Part shown: piece after piece, positions 9,768-19,094 of the stretch | How the letters are laid out: the number at the start of each line of letters is the position of its first letter | How positions within the stretch are numbered: position 1 is the first letter of the stretch | Assembly: GCA_963749735.1 (NCBI GenBank) | Contig: CAVVNZ010000012.1 | Coordinates: 12,555-76,554 of the forward strand | Length of the DNA: 64,000 nt | Source of the DNA: an uncultured Chloroflexia bacterium | GTDB taxonomy: Bacteria > Chloroflexota > Limnocylindria > Limnocylindrales > CSP1-4 | Direction: 5' to 3' | Notes under the pieces: model-generated | Databases searched by the model: none | Told to the model about the DNA's origin: nothing | The model's input: only the letters and a program-made list of their open reading frames with translations | Position numbers and translations under genes: made by a program

Positions 9768-10002
9768 CGGGGGGCCTCCTCGCGTGTCGGGCGCATCGGC
9801 CCGGTCGTTTCGGTGGACCCTTACCGTGGACCTTGCGTCCCTCGAGGGGGATCACCCGCCGGTACCCAACTGGCGGAGCAGATGGGGCCAGCACTAACCG
9901 ACCCGGATCGACCACCACCCCCCTGCACGGGCCCGCGCGGTCCGGCCGAACGGTGCATCGGGGCACCGACGGTGGTGCAGATGTGCCACGGGCGACGGCT
10001 GG

Positions 10003-11514
10003 CTAGGCCCCTTCGGCGTCCTTCTTCTCGGTCTCGGCCAGCCTGCGGCGGTTCTCCTCGCGGGTGCGCATGATCGAACCGCCGGCCTTGGGGTCGGCCT
10101 TCGGTGCCGGGATCGACTCGCGCTCCGGACGGCCGCGCTCGCGGGCCGCCTCACGAGCCTCCTGTCGGGCCGCCATCCGCTGGGCGATCGTGGCCTCGTA
10201 GCCCTGGTCGTTTGGCAGGTAGTAGCGCCGGTCGACGAGCGCGTCCGGCAGGTACTGCTGGGCGATGTCCGATCCATCGAACCCCGGGGGATAGCGGTAG
10301 CCGACGCCGTAGCCGTACTGCTTGAGCCCGTGGTGACCGGCGCTCCGGATCGGCATCGGGACCGGCAGCGCCCCGGACGCCTCGAGATCCGTGACCGCCG
10401 CCCAGTAGGCGCCTCCCGACCGGTTCGACTTCGGGGCGGTGGCGATGTAGGTCGTCGCCTGGGCCAGGGCGTACTGCGCCTCGGGCAGGCCGATCCAGTC
10501 GAGCGCGGCAGCGGCGGCGACGGCGACCTGGAGCGCCCGCGGGTCGGCGTTGCCGACGTCCTCCGATGCCGAGATGATCAGCCGGCGGGCGATGAACCGC
10601 GGGTCCTCGCCGGCGGCGATCATCGTGGCCAGCCAGTACAGGGCGGCGTCGGGGTCGTTCCCGCGGAGGCTCTTGATGAACGCCGAGGCCGTGTCGTAGT
10701 GCCCGTCGCCCGCCCGGTCGTAGGCCAGGATCTTCTGCTGGGCGGCCGCCTCGACGTCGGCCAGCCGGGGTGAGACCCGACCCTCGTCGTCGCGGATCGA
10801 CTCGGCCTCCGCCAGCGTCACCGCGCCTTCGAGGACATTGAGCGCCTGGCGGGCGTCGCCACCGGCCAGGCCGACCAGGTGGTCGAAGGGCTCGTCGTCG
10901 ACATGGACGCCCCCGTCCGGACCCAGCTCGCCGGCCAGACCGCGCTCCGGGTCGGCGATGGCTCGCCGCACGACCGTGGCGACCTCGTCGTCCGACAGGG
11001 GCTCCAGCCGCCAGACCCGGAGGCGCGAGAGGAGCGCTCCGTTGACCTCGAAGTAGGGATTCTCGGTCGTCGCCCCGATGAGGATGATCGTGCCGTCCTC
11101 GACGTGGGGAAGCAGGCCGTCCTGCTGCGCCTTGTTGAAGCGATGGATCTCGTCGATGAACAGGATCGTCCGGCCCCCGTCGAGCTCGAGCCGGTCGCGC
11201 GCGCCGGCGACGGCCGACCGGATGTCGGCCACGCCGCTCATGACCGCGGAAAGGCTCACGAAACGGGCATTGATCTCGGCCGACAGCAGCCTGGCCAGGC
11301 TCGTCTTGCCGGTCCCCGGCGGCCCCCACAGCAGCAGCGAGCCCAGGTACCCGCGCTCGACCGAGCGCCGCAGCGGCCCGCGCTCGCCGACGAGGTGGTC
11401 CTGGCCGACGTACTCGGACAGGTCGCGCGGTCGCATCCTCGCCGCCAGCGGCTGGCGTCCCGGCGGCGGCTGGAACAGGGCGACCTGGTCGGACGTGGGC
11501 TTGCGGCTCGGCAC
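10003..11514 (-). CDS. rarA: Replication-associated recombination protein A (AAA+ ATPase)
   Basis: [16 protein letters not shown] Walker A, LFIDEIHRFNKAQQD Walker B/sensor, and the MgsA C-terminal domain (HYDTASAFIKSLRGNDPDAALYWL). Confidence 0.9.
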   Translation of the reverse strand: MPSRKPTSDQVALFQPPPGRQPLAARMRPRDLSEYVGQDHLVGERGPLRRSVERGYLGSLLLWGPPGTGKTSLARLLSAEINARFVSLSAVMSGVADIRSAVAGARDRLELDGGRTILFIDEIHRFNKAQQDGLLPHVEDGTIILIGATTENPYFEVNGALLSRLRVWRLEPLSDDEVATVVRRAIADPERGLAGELGPDGGVHVDDEPFDHLVGLAGGDARQALNVLEGAVTLAEAESIRDDEGRVSPRLADVEAAAQQKILAYDRAGDGHYDTASAFIKSLRGNDPDAALYWLATMIAAGEDPRFIARRLIISASEDVGNADPRALQVAVAAAAALDWIGLPEAQYALAQATTYIATAPKSNRSGGAYWAAVTDLEASGALPVPMPIRSAGHHGLKQYGYGVGYRYPPGFDGSDIAQQYLPDALVDRRYYLPNDQGYEATIAQRMAARQEAREAARERGRPERESIPAPKADPKAGGSIMRTREENRRRLAETEKKDAEGA

Positions 11515-11520
11515 GGCGCC

Positions 11521-11526
11521 AGTCTA
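11521..11526 (-). promoter_or_regulatory. -10 element TAGACT 6 nt upstream of the rarA GTG (leaderless-type)
   Basis: The minus strand reads TAGACT-GGCGCC-GTG. There is no SD sequence between them. Confidence 0.45.
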
Positions 11527-11540
11527 CGTCGGCCGCCTCG

Positions 11541-13409
11541 TCAGGCCACGTTCGAGGTCGGCGCCCACGATCGCCGCCCGGTCCGGCCGTCGCCCGGCAG
11601 CGGCGGGTCGTCGGACGTCTCGATCCCGGCCGCGAACGCCCCGACCAGCCGAGGGTCGAGCTGGGTCCCGGCGGCGTCGCGGAGTCGCTCGAGCGCCTCG
11701 GCCACCGACAGCGCCTTGCGATAGGCCCGGGTGGTCGTCATCGCGCTGAACGCGTCGGCGACCGAGACGATCCGCGCGATCAGCGGGATGTCCTCGCCGG
11801 CGAGCCCGTCGATGTAGCCGCCGCCGTCCCAGCGCTCATGGTGGTGGCGTACGCCGGCCCGGACCGTGTCGAGGTCGGGCAGATCCCGGATGATCGCGTC
11901 GCCGAGGGCGACATGCTGCTTGACGATCGCATACTCCTCCGTGGTCAACGGCCCGGGTTTGCGCAGGATCGTGTCCGGGATCCCGATCTTGCCGACGTCG
12001 TGGAGGAGCCCCGCCAGCTCGACCGACCGACGCTCCTCGGCGGGCAGCCCGATCCGGTCGGCCAGGAACAGCGCATAACGGGCGACATCCTCGGAGTGCT
12101 GCTTCGTGTAGTGGTCCTTGGTATCGACCGCGACGACGAGTCCGGTCAGGACGTCAAAGCTCGACCGCTGCGCGACGGCAAGGTCCTCGGACGTCAGGTG
12201 GGCGACGCGGACCCGATCGCCGCCGCTCGCCTTGGCCTCGGTCAGGGCGCCCGTCGCGACCGCCAGTAGCTCGGTGGCCGCCTCGCCGTTCGCCGGTGAG
12301 TAGCAGACACCCGCGCTGATCGTGACCGGAAGCCGCTCCGACGTGCCGAACTGGAGCGCCAGGTCGGCCACCCGGACCCGCATCCGGCCGATGGCGGGCT
12401 GGAGGTCGTGGCTGTCCGGCGGCGCGGTGACCACGATGAACTCGTCAGGACCGTAGCGCCCGATCGTGGTCCGGGCCGGCAGCTCGCCGCGGAGGATGCG
12501 GGCCAGCTCGACCATGGCGCGATCGCCGGCCGGATGGCCGTAGGTCTCGTTAAGCAGCCGGAAATTGTCGACGTCGATGAGCGCGACGCCGACCGGCGCA
12601 CCGGACTGGCGGGCGCCTTCGAGCGCGGCCGCCAGGCTCGCCACCGCGGTGCCGTGGTTGAGCAGCCCGGTCAGCGCATCGCTCCGGCTGGCTTCGAGCA
12701 GCGCCGCGGTCTGGCGGGTCAGGCGAGCCTGGGCCGCGCGGAAGATCAGGAACAGGAGGATCGACAGGACGACCGCTGCGCCGAGCGTCACGACGAGGAC
12801 GTCGCGCCGGTTCCGGTCGACCGCGGCGAGGATCGGCGCCGCATCGCGGTAGATCTCGAAGACGGACGACGTGGTCCCGTCGATCCGGATGGGGATGTAC
12901 TCCTCGAGGACCTGGGTCCCGGGCGGCAGCTCGGACGTCGCGGCCTCGCCCGTGTCAGCGTCCTCGATCGTGGTCGGCACCGTCCTGCCTTCGAGGGCGT
13001 CGGTGATGTCCTCGTCGGGACCGATGAACTTGCCGCGGAGGTCGCGCCGCTCGCTGAACAGCACGGTCCCATCCGGTGCCCAGATCTTGACGTGGACGAT
13101 CCCGGACGATCCCGTGCCGGTGGGCGAACGGTCGATGATCGCCGCGATCCGCCGCTCGACCTCGGTGGCGCGCGCATCGCTGACGCCGGCCTTGGTCAGG
13201 TCGCCGGCCTCGAGGCTCGAGGCGGTGAACGCGCGAACCAGTGACGTGTCGGACTCGACGGAGCTCGCGATCGACGCGGCGGTCAGGTTCGCCGACTCGA
13301 TCCAGACCAGGGCGAACGCCGTCAGCCCGACCAGGGTCAGGCTCGCCGCGAAGACGAGGATGAGGAGGGTCGACCGGCGACGGACGTGTTCGGGATGGAG
13401 ATCGGCCAC
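11541..13409 (-). CDS. Membrane sensor with GGDEF-like and HD-GYP-like domains (both motifs variant)
   Basis: 622 aa. Two TM segments flank a periplasmic-type region. DALTGLLNHGT...RYGPDEFIV is the GGDEF position. HDVGKIGIP...HHERWDGGGYIDGLAGEDIP is the HD-GYP position. Confidence 0.8.
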   Translation of the reverse strand: MADLHPEHVRRRSTLLILVFAASLTLVGLTAFALVWIESANLTAASIASSVESDTSLVRAFTASSLEAGDLTKAGVSDARATEVERRIAAIIDRSPTGTGSSGIVHVKIWAPDGTVLFSERRDLRGKFIGPDEDITDALEGRTVPTTIEDADTGEAATSELPPGTQVLEEYIPIRIDGTTSSVFEIYRDAAPILAAVDRNRRDVLVVTLGAAVVLSILLFLIFRAAQARLTRQTAALLEASRSDALTGLLNHGTAVASLAAALEGARQSGAPVGVALIDVDNFRLLNETYGHPAGDRAMVELARILRGELPARTTIGRYGPDEFIVVTAPPDSHDLQPAIGRMRVRVADLALQFGTSERLPVTISAGVCYSPANGEAATELLAVATGALTEAKASGGDRVRVAHLTSEDLAVAQRSSFDVLTGLVVAVDTKDHYTKQHSEDVARYALFLADRIGLPAEERRSVELAGLLHDVGKIGIPDTILRKPGPLTTEEYAIVKQHVALGDAIIRDLPDLDTVRAGVRHHHERWDGGGYIDGLAGEDIPLIARIVSVADAFSAMTTTRAYRKALSVAEALERLRDAAGTQLDPRLVGAFAAGIETSDDPPLPGDGRTGRRSWAPTSNVA

Positions 13410-13527
13410 GACGCTCGCTTGCGATGCTGGATCCGGGGCGTGACCGTACGGTGGGAGCGCGTCGCGTTCTATAGGTCGTTCGGGGGATGCGCCGGTCGAC
13501 GAGCGGCCGGTGCCGGGACGACCGCGA

Positions 13528-13884
13528 TCAGAGGTGGATGGCGCCGGTCAGGTCGATCAGGACGAACAGCCCGGCCATGATCCCGAACATCCCGGCCGCG
13601 ACCACGACGATCCGTCGGACGTCGGCGACGACGTAGCGATACTCCTCGATCTCCTCAGCGACGAAGGCATCGGAGGCGACCGACGCCGGACGGACCCGGC
13701 CGCGGGCCGCCGTCCGGGGCGCGGGCGCCGTGAGGGCGGCGTCGCCGGTCACGGCCTCGGCCGTCGGCAGGGACGGGCTCACGGCACCGGAAGCGGGCGA
13801 TGTCGCGGTCGGACGCGGGCCGCTGCGCTGGATCGCGCGACGCTGGCCTGGGCGACTGGGGGCGCCGCGCGCTCGCTTGGCCAT
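13528..13884 (-). CDS. Hypothetical tail-anchored membrane protein (basic disordered N-terminus, single C-terminal TM)
   Basis: Internal ATG at 13884 of track ORF 13528..13989, with a GGAGGA RBS 11 nt upstream. The C-terminus is RRIVVVAAGMFGIMAGLFVLIDL. Confidence 0.45.
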   Translation of the reverse strand: MAKRARGAPSRPGQRRAIQRSGPRPTATSPASGAVSPSLPTAEAVTGDAALTAPAPRTAARGRVRPASVASDAFVAEEIEEYRYVVADVRRIVVVAAGMFGIMAGLFVLIDLTGAIHL

Positions 13885-13993
13885 CGGTTCGAGGGTCCTC
13901 CGGAGGTGTGGCGTCCGGACCGTCCTCATCCGGAGATGCCGCCGGCGGGAGGATACCACCCGGACCGCGGGTCGCCCGCCGCAGACCACCTGC

Positions 13994-13999
13994 TAGACT
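13994..13999 (+). promoter_or_regulatory. Candidate -10 element TAGACT for the DUF4446 gene
   Basis: TAGACT lies about 35 nt upstream of GTG 14035. GGAGG at 14015-14019 lies in the resulting short 5' UTR. Confidence 0.3.
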
Positions 14000-14034
14000 C
14001 CGCCGATCCCCACCGGAGGCTTGCGAACGTCCCC

Positions 14035-14577
14035 GTGACCACGTTCATCCAGGACAACCTCGGCGTCGTCGTCACGGTGCTCGTGATCGGGCTGCTCGCC
14101 GCGCTCGTCGTCGCCGCGCTGGCCGTACGGCGCGCCACCGACGTCGGTCGGAGGCTCGACGCGCTGACCCGGGGCGAAGACGGCCGGAGCCTGCAGGCGG
14201 TCCTCGAGGCCCACCTCGGTCGGGTGGTCGAGGTGTCCGCGGCGGTCGACCGGCTGACCGGTCGGACGAGCGCGCTGGAGGCGAGTGGGCGGAAGGCGTT
14301 CCAGCGGATCGGCCTCGTCCGATTCAACCCGTTCGAGGACACCGGGAGCAACCAGAGCTTCGCGCTGGCGTTACTCGACGCCGACGACGACGGGGTGATC
14401 GTCAGCAGCCTCCACGCGCGGGGCGGCACGCGGATCTACGCCAAGGCGGTCGCGGGCGGGCGCCCGGAGGCGACCCTGTCGGACGAGGAATCCGAGGCGC
14501 TCAGACTGGCTCGGACCGCGGCCGCGGGGCGTGTCGCCCTGGCCGATCGCGCCGCTGCCGGCGTCGGCGGGCGGTGA
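14035..14577 (+). CDS. DUF4446 family protein (N-terminal TM)
   Basis: GTG at 14035, in frame in track ORF 13510..14577. RIGLVRFNPFEDTGSNQSFALALLDADDDGVIVSSLHARGGTRIYAKAV matches my recollection of the DUF4446 core. Confidence 0.7.
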   Translation: MTTFIQDNLGVVVTVLVIGLLAALVVAALAVRRATDVGRRLDALTRGEDGRSLQAVLEAHLGRVVEVSAAVDRLTGRTSALEASGRKAFQRIGLVRFNPFEDTGSNQSFALALLDADDDGVIVSSLHARGGTRIYAKAVAGGRPEATLSDEESEALRLARTAAAGRVALADRAAAGVGGR

Positions 14578-14628
14578 CCGAGCCGGCGTGACGCGCGAGC
14601 TGTCACGACGGAGGAACATCGTGGCGGC

Positions 14629-17600
14629 ATGCCCCCTCGCACTTCCACCGCGGACCGACGATCGGTCGGCCGCATGACGACCCGCGCGATCCGCCGAGGG
14701 TCGGTCCGACCACTCGAGCAGATCCCCGTCTGGACGGGACCGCTCGGGGATGGGGCGCCGGCCGGTCCATCCGATCCCGGATCGGGACTCGACGGCCTGC
14801 TGGGGGGGCTCAACCCGGAGCAGCTCCGGGCGGTCACCCACGAGGACGGTCCGCAGCTCGTGGTCGCCGGGGCGGGGACCGGCAAGACCCAGGTCGTGAC
14901 CCGGCGGATCGCCTGGCTGATCGCGACACGGCGGGCGCGCCCGTCGGAGATCCTCGCGCTGACCTTCACGGACCGGGCGGCCGCCGAGATGCAGACCCGC
15001 GTGGACGGGCTGGTCCCGTACGGCTATACGGACACGGCGATCTCGACGTTCCATGCGTTCGGGGACCGGCTCATCCGCGAGTACGCGCTGGAGATCGGGC
15101 TCGCCGCCGACGTCCGGGTGCTGTCACGGGCCGAGGTCGTGATCTTCCTGCGGGATCGGCTGTTCGACTTCGATCTCGAGCGCTACCGGCCGCTCGGTGA
15201 CCCGACCCGCTTCCTGGGTGCGCTTGCGACGCACTTCAGCCGGCTCAAGGATGAGGACGTCGACCCGGCTGCGTACCTCGCCTACGCCGATCGTGCGGTG
15301 GGCGAGGCGGCCCTCCTTGCCGAGCTCGCCGGCCAGTCCGACGCCGACGACGATGCCCGGATCGCCGCCGAGGCGGCCGTGGAGGACGCCGCCCGCCGCC
15401 TCGAGCTCGCCCGGGCATTCGCTCGCTACCAGGCGCTCATGGAGGCGGCGGGCTTCATCGACTTCGGGGACCAGGTGTCGCTCGCCCTTCGGCTGGTCCG
15501 GACCAACGTCGCCGCACGCTCGGAGATCCAGCGCCGGTTCCGCTACATCCTGGTCGACGAGTTCCAGGACACGAACCGCGCCCAGGCCGAGCTCGTCGAG
15601 CTGATCGCGGCACCGTCCCGGAACCTGACCGTGGTCGGCGACGACGACCAGTCGATCTACCGGTTCCGCGGCGCGGCGATGAGCAACCTCATCGAGTTCC
15701 GGGAGCGCACCCCCCGCCCGACGATCGTCGTCCTGCGCCGGAACTACCGATCGAGAACCGGCATCCTCGCCGCCAGCCACCGCCTCATCCGGTTCAACGA
15801 CCCGGAGCGCCTCGAAGTCCAGGCGGGGATCGACAAGCGGCTCCGGGCCCAACGCCCGGAGCCCCCGGCCGGGCGGCGCCCCGCCGCCGTGCGCCACCAG
15901 GCATTCGCGACCGGTTCCGACGAAGCGGACTGGGTCGCCCAGGAGATCGCAGCGCGGATCGCCGAGGGTGCGGCGCCGGGCGACCATGCGATCCTCGTCC
16001 GGTCGAACGCCGAGGCGGACGGGATCCTGCGCAGCCTCAACGTCGCTGGCGTGCCGTGGCGGTTCTCCGGCACGTCCGGACTGTACGCCCGACCGGAGAT
16101 CCGCCTGCTGATGGCGTTCCTGCGGGTCATGGCGGACCTCGACTCCAGCGTCGACCTGTACGCGCTCGCGGCGTGCGAGGTCTATGGGCTCGGCGGTGAG
16201 GACCTCACCGACATCACCGCCTCCGCACGCCGGCGGAACCGGACGCTGTGGGGTGTCCTCGAGGAGCTCGATCGCCAACCGGGACTGCTCCGCATCTCGC
16301 CGTCCTCGAGAGCGGCCGTCTCGAGGCTGGTCGCGGACCTCCGTCGGTTCAGCGACCTCGCCCACCGGAGACCCGCCGGCGAGCTGCTGTACGCCTTCCT
16401 CAAGGGGTCTGGGCTCCTCGCCAGGCTGGCCGCGTCGGATGGTTCCTCGGCGGACGACGCACTCCAGAACGTCGCCCGGTTCTTCGACATCGTCCGGGCC
16501 CGGTCGGCGCTGCTCGCCGACGATCGATGCTCGTCCGTGGCCGGCCATCTCGGGACCCTGGTCGAGGCGGGTGACGACCCGCCGACCGTCGAGCCGGACG
16601 GCGGCACCGACGCGGTCTCCGTGCTCACCGTCCATAAGGCGAAGGGACTCGAGTTCCCGGCCGTCTACCTCGTCGGCCTGATCGACGGGCGGTTCCCTGC
16701 CGCCGATCGGCGCGACCCACTGGCGGTCCCAGCGGAGCTGCTGGGCGGCGGCCCGCTCCCCGGCGGGGATGCCCACCTTCGCGAGGAACGCCGGCTGTTC
16801 TACGTCGCGATGACCCGCGCTCGAGACGAGCTGATCATGACCAGCGCCGCCGACTACGCCGGACGACGCGTCCGACGCGTCTCGCCGTTCGTCCTCGAGG
16901 CGCTCGACCTGCCCGCAGCCGACGGTGCCGTGCGCCCGTCGCGGCCGGCCGATCCGCTGGAACGGCTGGCCGGCTTCGCGGCGCCGGGGTCGCCCGTCGA
17001 AGCCGTCCGTCGACCGGTCGACGGGCCGCTCTCGCTCAGCTTCTACCAGGTCGACGACTACCTGACCTGCCCGCGCAAGTACAAGTACGCGCACGTGGCT
17101 CGGATCCCCGTCGCACCGCATCACTCCCTGGTCTACGGCGCCGCTCTCCATCGTGCGGTCCAGGAGTTCCATCGGCTTCAGGCGCGGGGCCGGATCATGA
17201 CCGAGGCGGAGCTCGAGGCGGCGCTCGTCGCGGCCTGGACGAGCGAGGGGTTCCTCACCCGCGAGCACGAAGATGCCCGGCTGGCGGCCGGCAAGGCGGC
17301 CCTGCGCCGGTTCCGCGCGGACCAGCTTCGGCCCGGGGGCGTCGTCCCGACGTACGTCGAACGGGACTTCTCGTTCACCCTGGGCGGGGACCGGATCCGC
17401 GGCCGCTGGGACCGCGTGGATGTCGAGCCCATCGACCCGAACGGCGACGTCGCACCTGGACCATCCGAGCCGACGCCCGGACGCGACCAGGCCGGCGGAC
17501 CGGTCGCCGACGTCGTCGAACCGGTCCTCCCGATGATGCCCCGCGAGCGGGTCACGATCACCGACTACAAATCGAGCGATGTCCGCGACCCGGCCAAGGC

Positions 17601-17877
17601 ACGCCAGCGTGCCCGCGACTCCCTCCAGCTGACGATCTACGCGATGGGCTACGAGGCGATGACCGGCCAGCGTCCCGACGCGGTGCAGCTCCACTTCCTC
17701 GAGACGGGCCTGATCGGACGCGCCGTGGTGGACGACAAGCGCCTGACCAAGGGGCGCGAGAAGATCGCCTCGGCGGCCGCCGGGATCCGCGCGCGAGCCT
17801 TCGAGGCGACGCCCGACCTGATGGCGTGCACCTATTGCCCGTTCCGCGACATCTGCCCCGCGAGCGTGGCCCGATGA
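14629..17877 (+). CDS. UvrD/PcrA-type SF1 helicase fused to a C-terminal PD-(D/E)XK (Cas4/AddB-like, 4-Cys) nuclease
   Basis: 1082 aa. LNPEQLRAV...VVAGAGTGKTQV (motif I), YILVDEFQDTN (motif II), VLTVHKAKGLEF, YVAMTRAR. The C-terminus has DDYLTCPRKYKY, ITDYKSSD, QLTIYAMGY and CTYCPFRDIC. Confidence 0.85.
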   Translation: MPPRTSTADRRSVGRMTTRAIRRGSVRPLEQIPVWTGPLGDGAPAGPSDPGSGLDGLLGGLNPEQLRAVTHEDGPQLVVAGAGTGKTQVVTRRIAWLIATRRARPSEILALTFTDRAAAEMQTRVDGLVPYGYTDTAISTFHAFGDRLIREYALEIGLAADVRVLSRAEVVIFLRDRLFDFDLERYRPLGDPTRFLGALATHFSRLKDEDVDPAAYLAYADRAVGEAALLAELAGQSDADDDARIAAEAAVEDAARRLELARAFARYQALMEAAGFIDFGDQVSLALRLVRTNVAARSEIQRRFRYILVDEFQDTNRAQAELVELIAAPSRNLTVVGDDDQSIYRFRGAAMSNLIEFRERTPRPTIVVLRRNYRSRTGILAASHRLIRFNDPERLEVQAGIDKRLRAQRPEPPAGRRPAAVRHQAFATGSDEADWVAQEIAARIAEGAAPGDHAILVRSNAEADGILRSLNVAGVPWRFSGTSGLYARPEIRLLMAFLRVMADLDSSVDLYALAACEVYGLGGEDLTDITASARRRNRTLWGVLEELDRQPGLLRISPSSRAAVSRLVADLRRFSDLAHRRPAGELLYAFLKGSGLLARLAASDGSSADDALQNVARFFDIVRARSALLADDRCSSVAGHLGTLVEAGDDPPTVEPDGGTDAVSVLTVHKAKGLEFPAVYLVGLIDGRFPAADRRDPLAVPAELLGGGPLPGGDAHLREERRLFYVAMTRARDELIMTSAADYAGRRVRRVSPFVLEALDLPAADGAVRPSRPADPLERLAGFAAPGSPVEAVRRPVDGPLSLSFYQVDDYLTCPRKYKYAHVARIPVAPHHSLVYGAALHRAVQEFHRLQARGRIMTEAELEAALVAAWTSEGFLTREHEDARLAAGKAALRRFRADQLRPGGVVPTYVERDFSFTLGGDRIRGRWDRVDVEPIDPNGDVAPGPSEPTPGRDQAGGPVADVVEPVLPMMPRERVTITDYKSSDVRDPAKARQRARDSLQLTIYAMGYEAMTGQRPDAVQLHFLETGLIGRAVVDDKRLTKGREKIASAAAGIRARAFEATPDLMACTYCPFRDICPASVAR

Positions 17878-18671
17878 CCGACCGGCGACGTCTCGCCGAC
17901 GCCGTGCGGGCGGTCAGCTTCGACTTCGGCAACACGCTCGTGCCGGTCACCCGGGCCGACCTGCGGGTGGTGGTCGGGCGGACCACGTCGGAGGTCGCCC
18001 GGCGGTGCGGACCGTTCGACGAGGGGGCGTTCGCCCGGGCGTGGGCGGAGGAGCGCGACCGCCAGTTCGCCGAGGAGATCCCGCGGATGCGCGAGGTGAA
18101 CCTCGCCCAGCGGACCATCCGCGTCCTCGCCCGGATGCGCGGGATGGCCCCGCCGGCAGCCGGGTCGACCTGGGACGATGCCTCGGCGGCCGGCTGCTCC
18201 ACGCCGGAGGAGGTCGAGTTCGCGCTGGCCACCTACACCGCGGCGTTCATCGACACGATCCGGGTCCCGCCGGAGGTCGGCCCGATGCTCGAGCGGCTCG
18301 CGGCGCGGTTCACCATCGGGATCTCGTCGAACTGGCCCCTTGCCACGACGATCGATCGGTTCGTCGCGGAGGCCGGCTGGAAGCCGCACCTGGCGGCGGT
18401 CGCCGTGTCCGAGAGGATCGGGACGATCAAGCCCGACGTCCGGTTCTTCCGCGCGGCCGAGCAGCTCCTGGGGACCCCGCCGGGCGCGATCCTGCACGTC
18501 GGCGACGATTGGGCTGCCGACGTCGTCGGTGCGAAGGGGGCCGGCTGGCTGGCTGCCTACCTCCCGGTCGAGACGAGCGACTCGCCGTTCCCGGTCAGTC
18601 ACGGCGACGACCGGGCGCGGGCGGACCTCCGGCTCGAGCGGCTCTCCGACATCGAAGGGGCGCTGGCCTAA
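17874..18671 (+). CDS. HAD-superfamily hydrolase
   Basis: The ATG at 17874 overlaps the helicase stop (ATGA). VSFDFGNTLVP (motif I-like) and HVGDDWAADVVGAKGAGW (motif IV). Confidence 0.7.
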   Translation: MTDRRRLADAVRAVSFDFGNTLVPVTRADLRVVVGRTTSEVARRCGPFDEGAFARAWAEERDRQFAEEIPRMREVNLAQRTIRVLARMRGMAPPAAGSTWDDASAAGCSTPEEVEFALATYTAAFIDTIRVPPEVGPMLERLAARFTIGISSNWPLATTIDRFVAEAGWKPHLAAVAVSERIGTIKPDVRFFRAAEQLLGTPPGAILHVGDDWAADVVGAKGAGWLAAYLPVETSDSPFPVSHGDDRARADLRLERLSDIEGALA

Positions 18672-18705
18672 GGTCCGGGTCCCACGCCGCGACCCGCTCC
18701 CCGAC

Positions 18706-18711
18706 TAGACT
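18706..18711 (+). promoter_or_regulatory. -10 element TAGACT 8 nt upstream of ATG 18720 (leaderless-type)
   Basis: TAGACT-CCAGCGCG-ATG, with no SD sequence. Confidence 0.4.
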
Positions 18712-18719
18712 CCAGCGCG

Positions 18720-19094
18720 ATGGACCCACGCGATCGGACGATCAACCTCGCGCTGTTCGGCCTGGCTGCGATCGCCTGGGTCGCCGTCGGTCTGGTGGTC
18801 ACGACCCGCGACCCCCGGGCGGATCCTTCGGCAGGCCTGCTCGGCGCCGGGCTGATGGGGATCGCCGTCGGGCTCACCTGCATCCCGCTGTTCTGGCTGG
18901 TGGTCTTCGGGCGACACGGGCGGATCGCCTATCGAGGAGACTGGGTCCGTGCCGTCCGCCGTGGCGCCTGGGTCGCGGTGGTCGTCGCCGTCTTCATCGT
19001 GCTCCGCCTGCAGGGAGCGTTCAGCCTGCCGATCGCCCTGTTCGTCGTCGTCATCGTGTCGGTCGCCGAGGCGACCCTATCCGCCGAGCGATGA
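18720..19094 (+). CDS. Hypothetical small membrane protein (about 4 hydrophobic segments)
   Basis: 124 aa: INLALFGLAAIAWVAVGLVV, GLLGAGLMGIAVGLTCIPLFWLVVF, AWVAVVVAVFIVL, LPIALFVVVIVSV. Confidence 0.5.
   Translation: MDPRDRTINLALFGLAAIAWVAVGLVVTTRDPRADPSAGLLGAGLMGIAVGLTCIPLFWLVVFGRHGRIAYRGDWVRAVRRGAWVAVVVAVFIVLRLQGAFSLPIALFVVVIVSVAEATLSAER

Noticed and set aside
9800-9900. Possible c-di-GMP-I (GEMM) or c-di-AMP (ydaO) riboswitch in the leader of the lyase-like gene, suggested by GGGACGCAAGG and GGGUGAUCC strings.
   Set aside because: Only one short half-motif resembles the GEMM consensus, and the partner GGCAAA / tetraloop-receptor half is absent. The ydaO-like strings are imperfect and in the wrong order. 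This cannot be supported without a covariance-model scan.
13510-14034. N-terminal 175-codon extension of the DUF4446 ORF (track ORF 13510..14577). Likewise the extension of the ftsH ORF from 42761 and of trpB2 from 51630.
   Set aside because: The extensions translate to low-complexity Arg/Pro/Gly sequence. They overlap another supported feature: the minus-strand gene 13528-13884 and the tRNA 42713-42787. In each case they precede a good RBS-start pair at the point where family-typical sequence begins.
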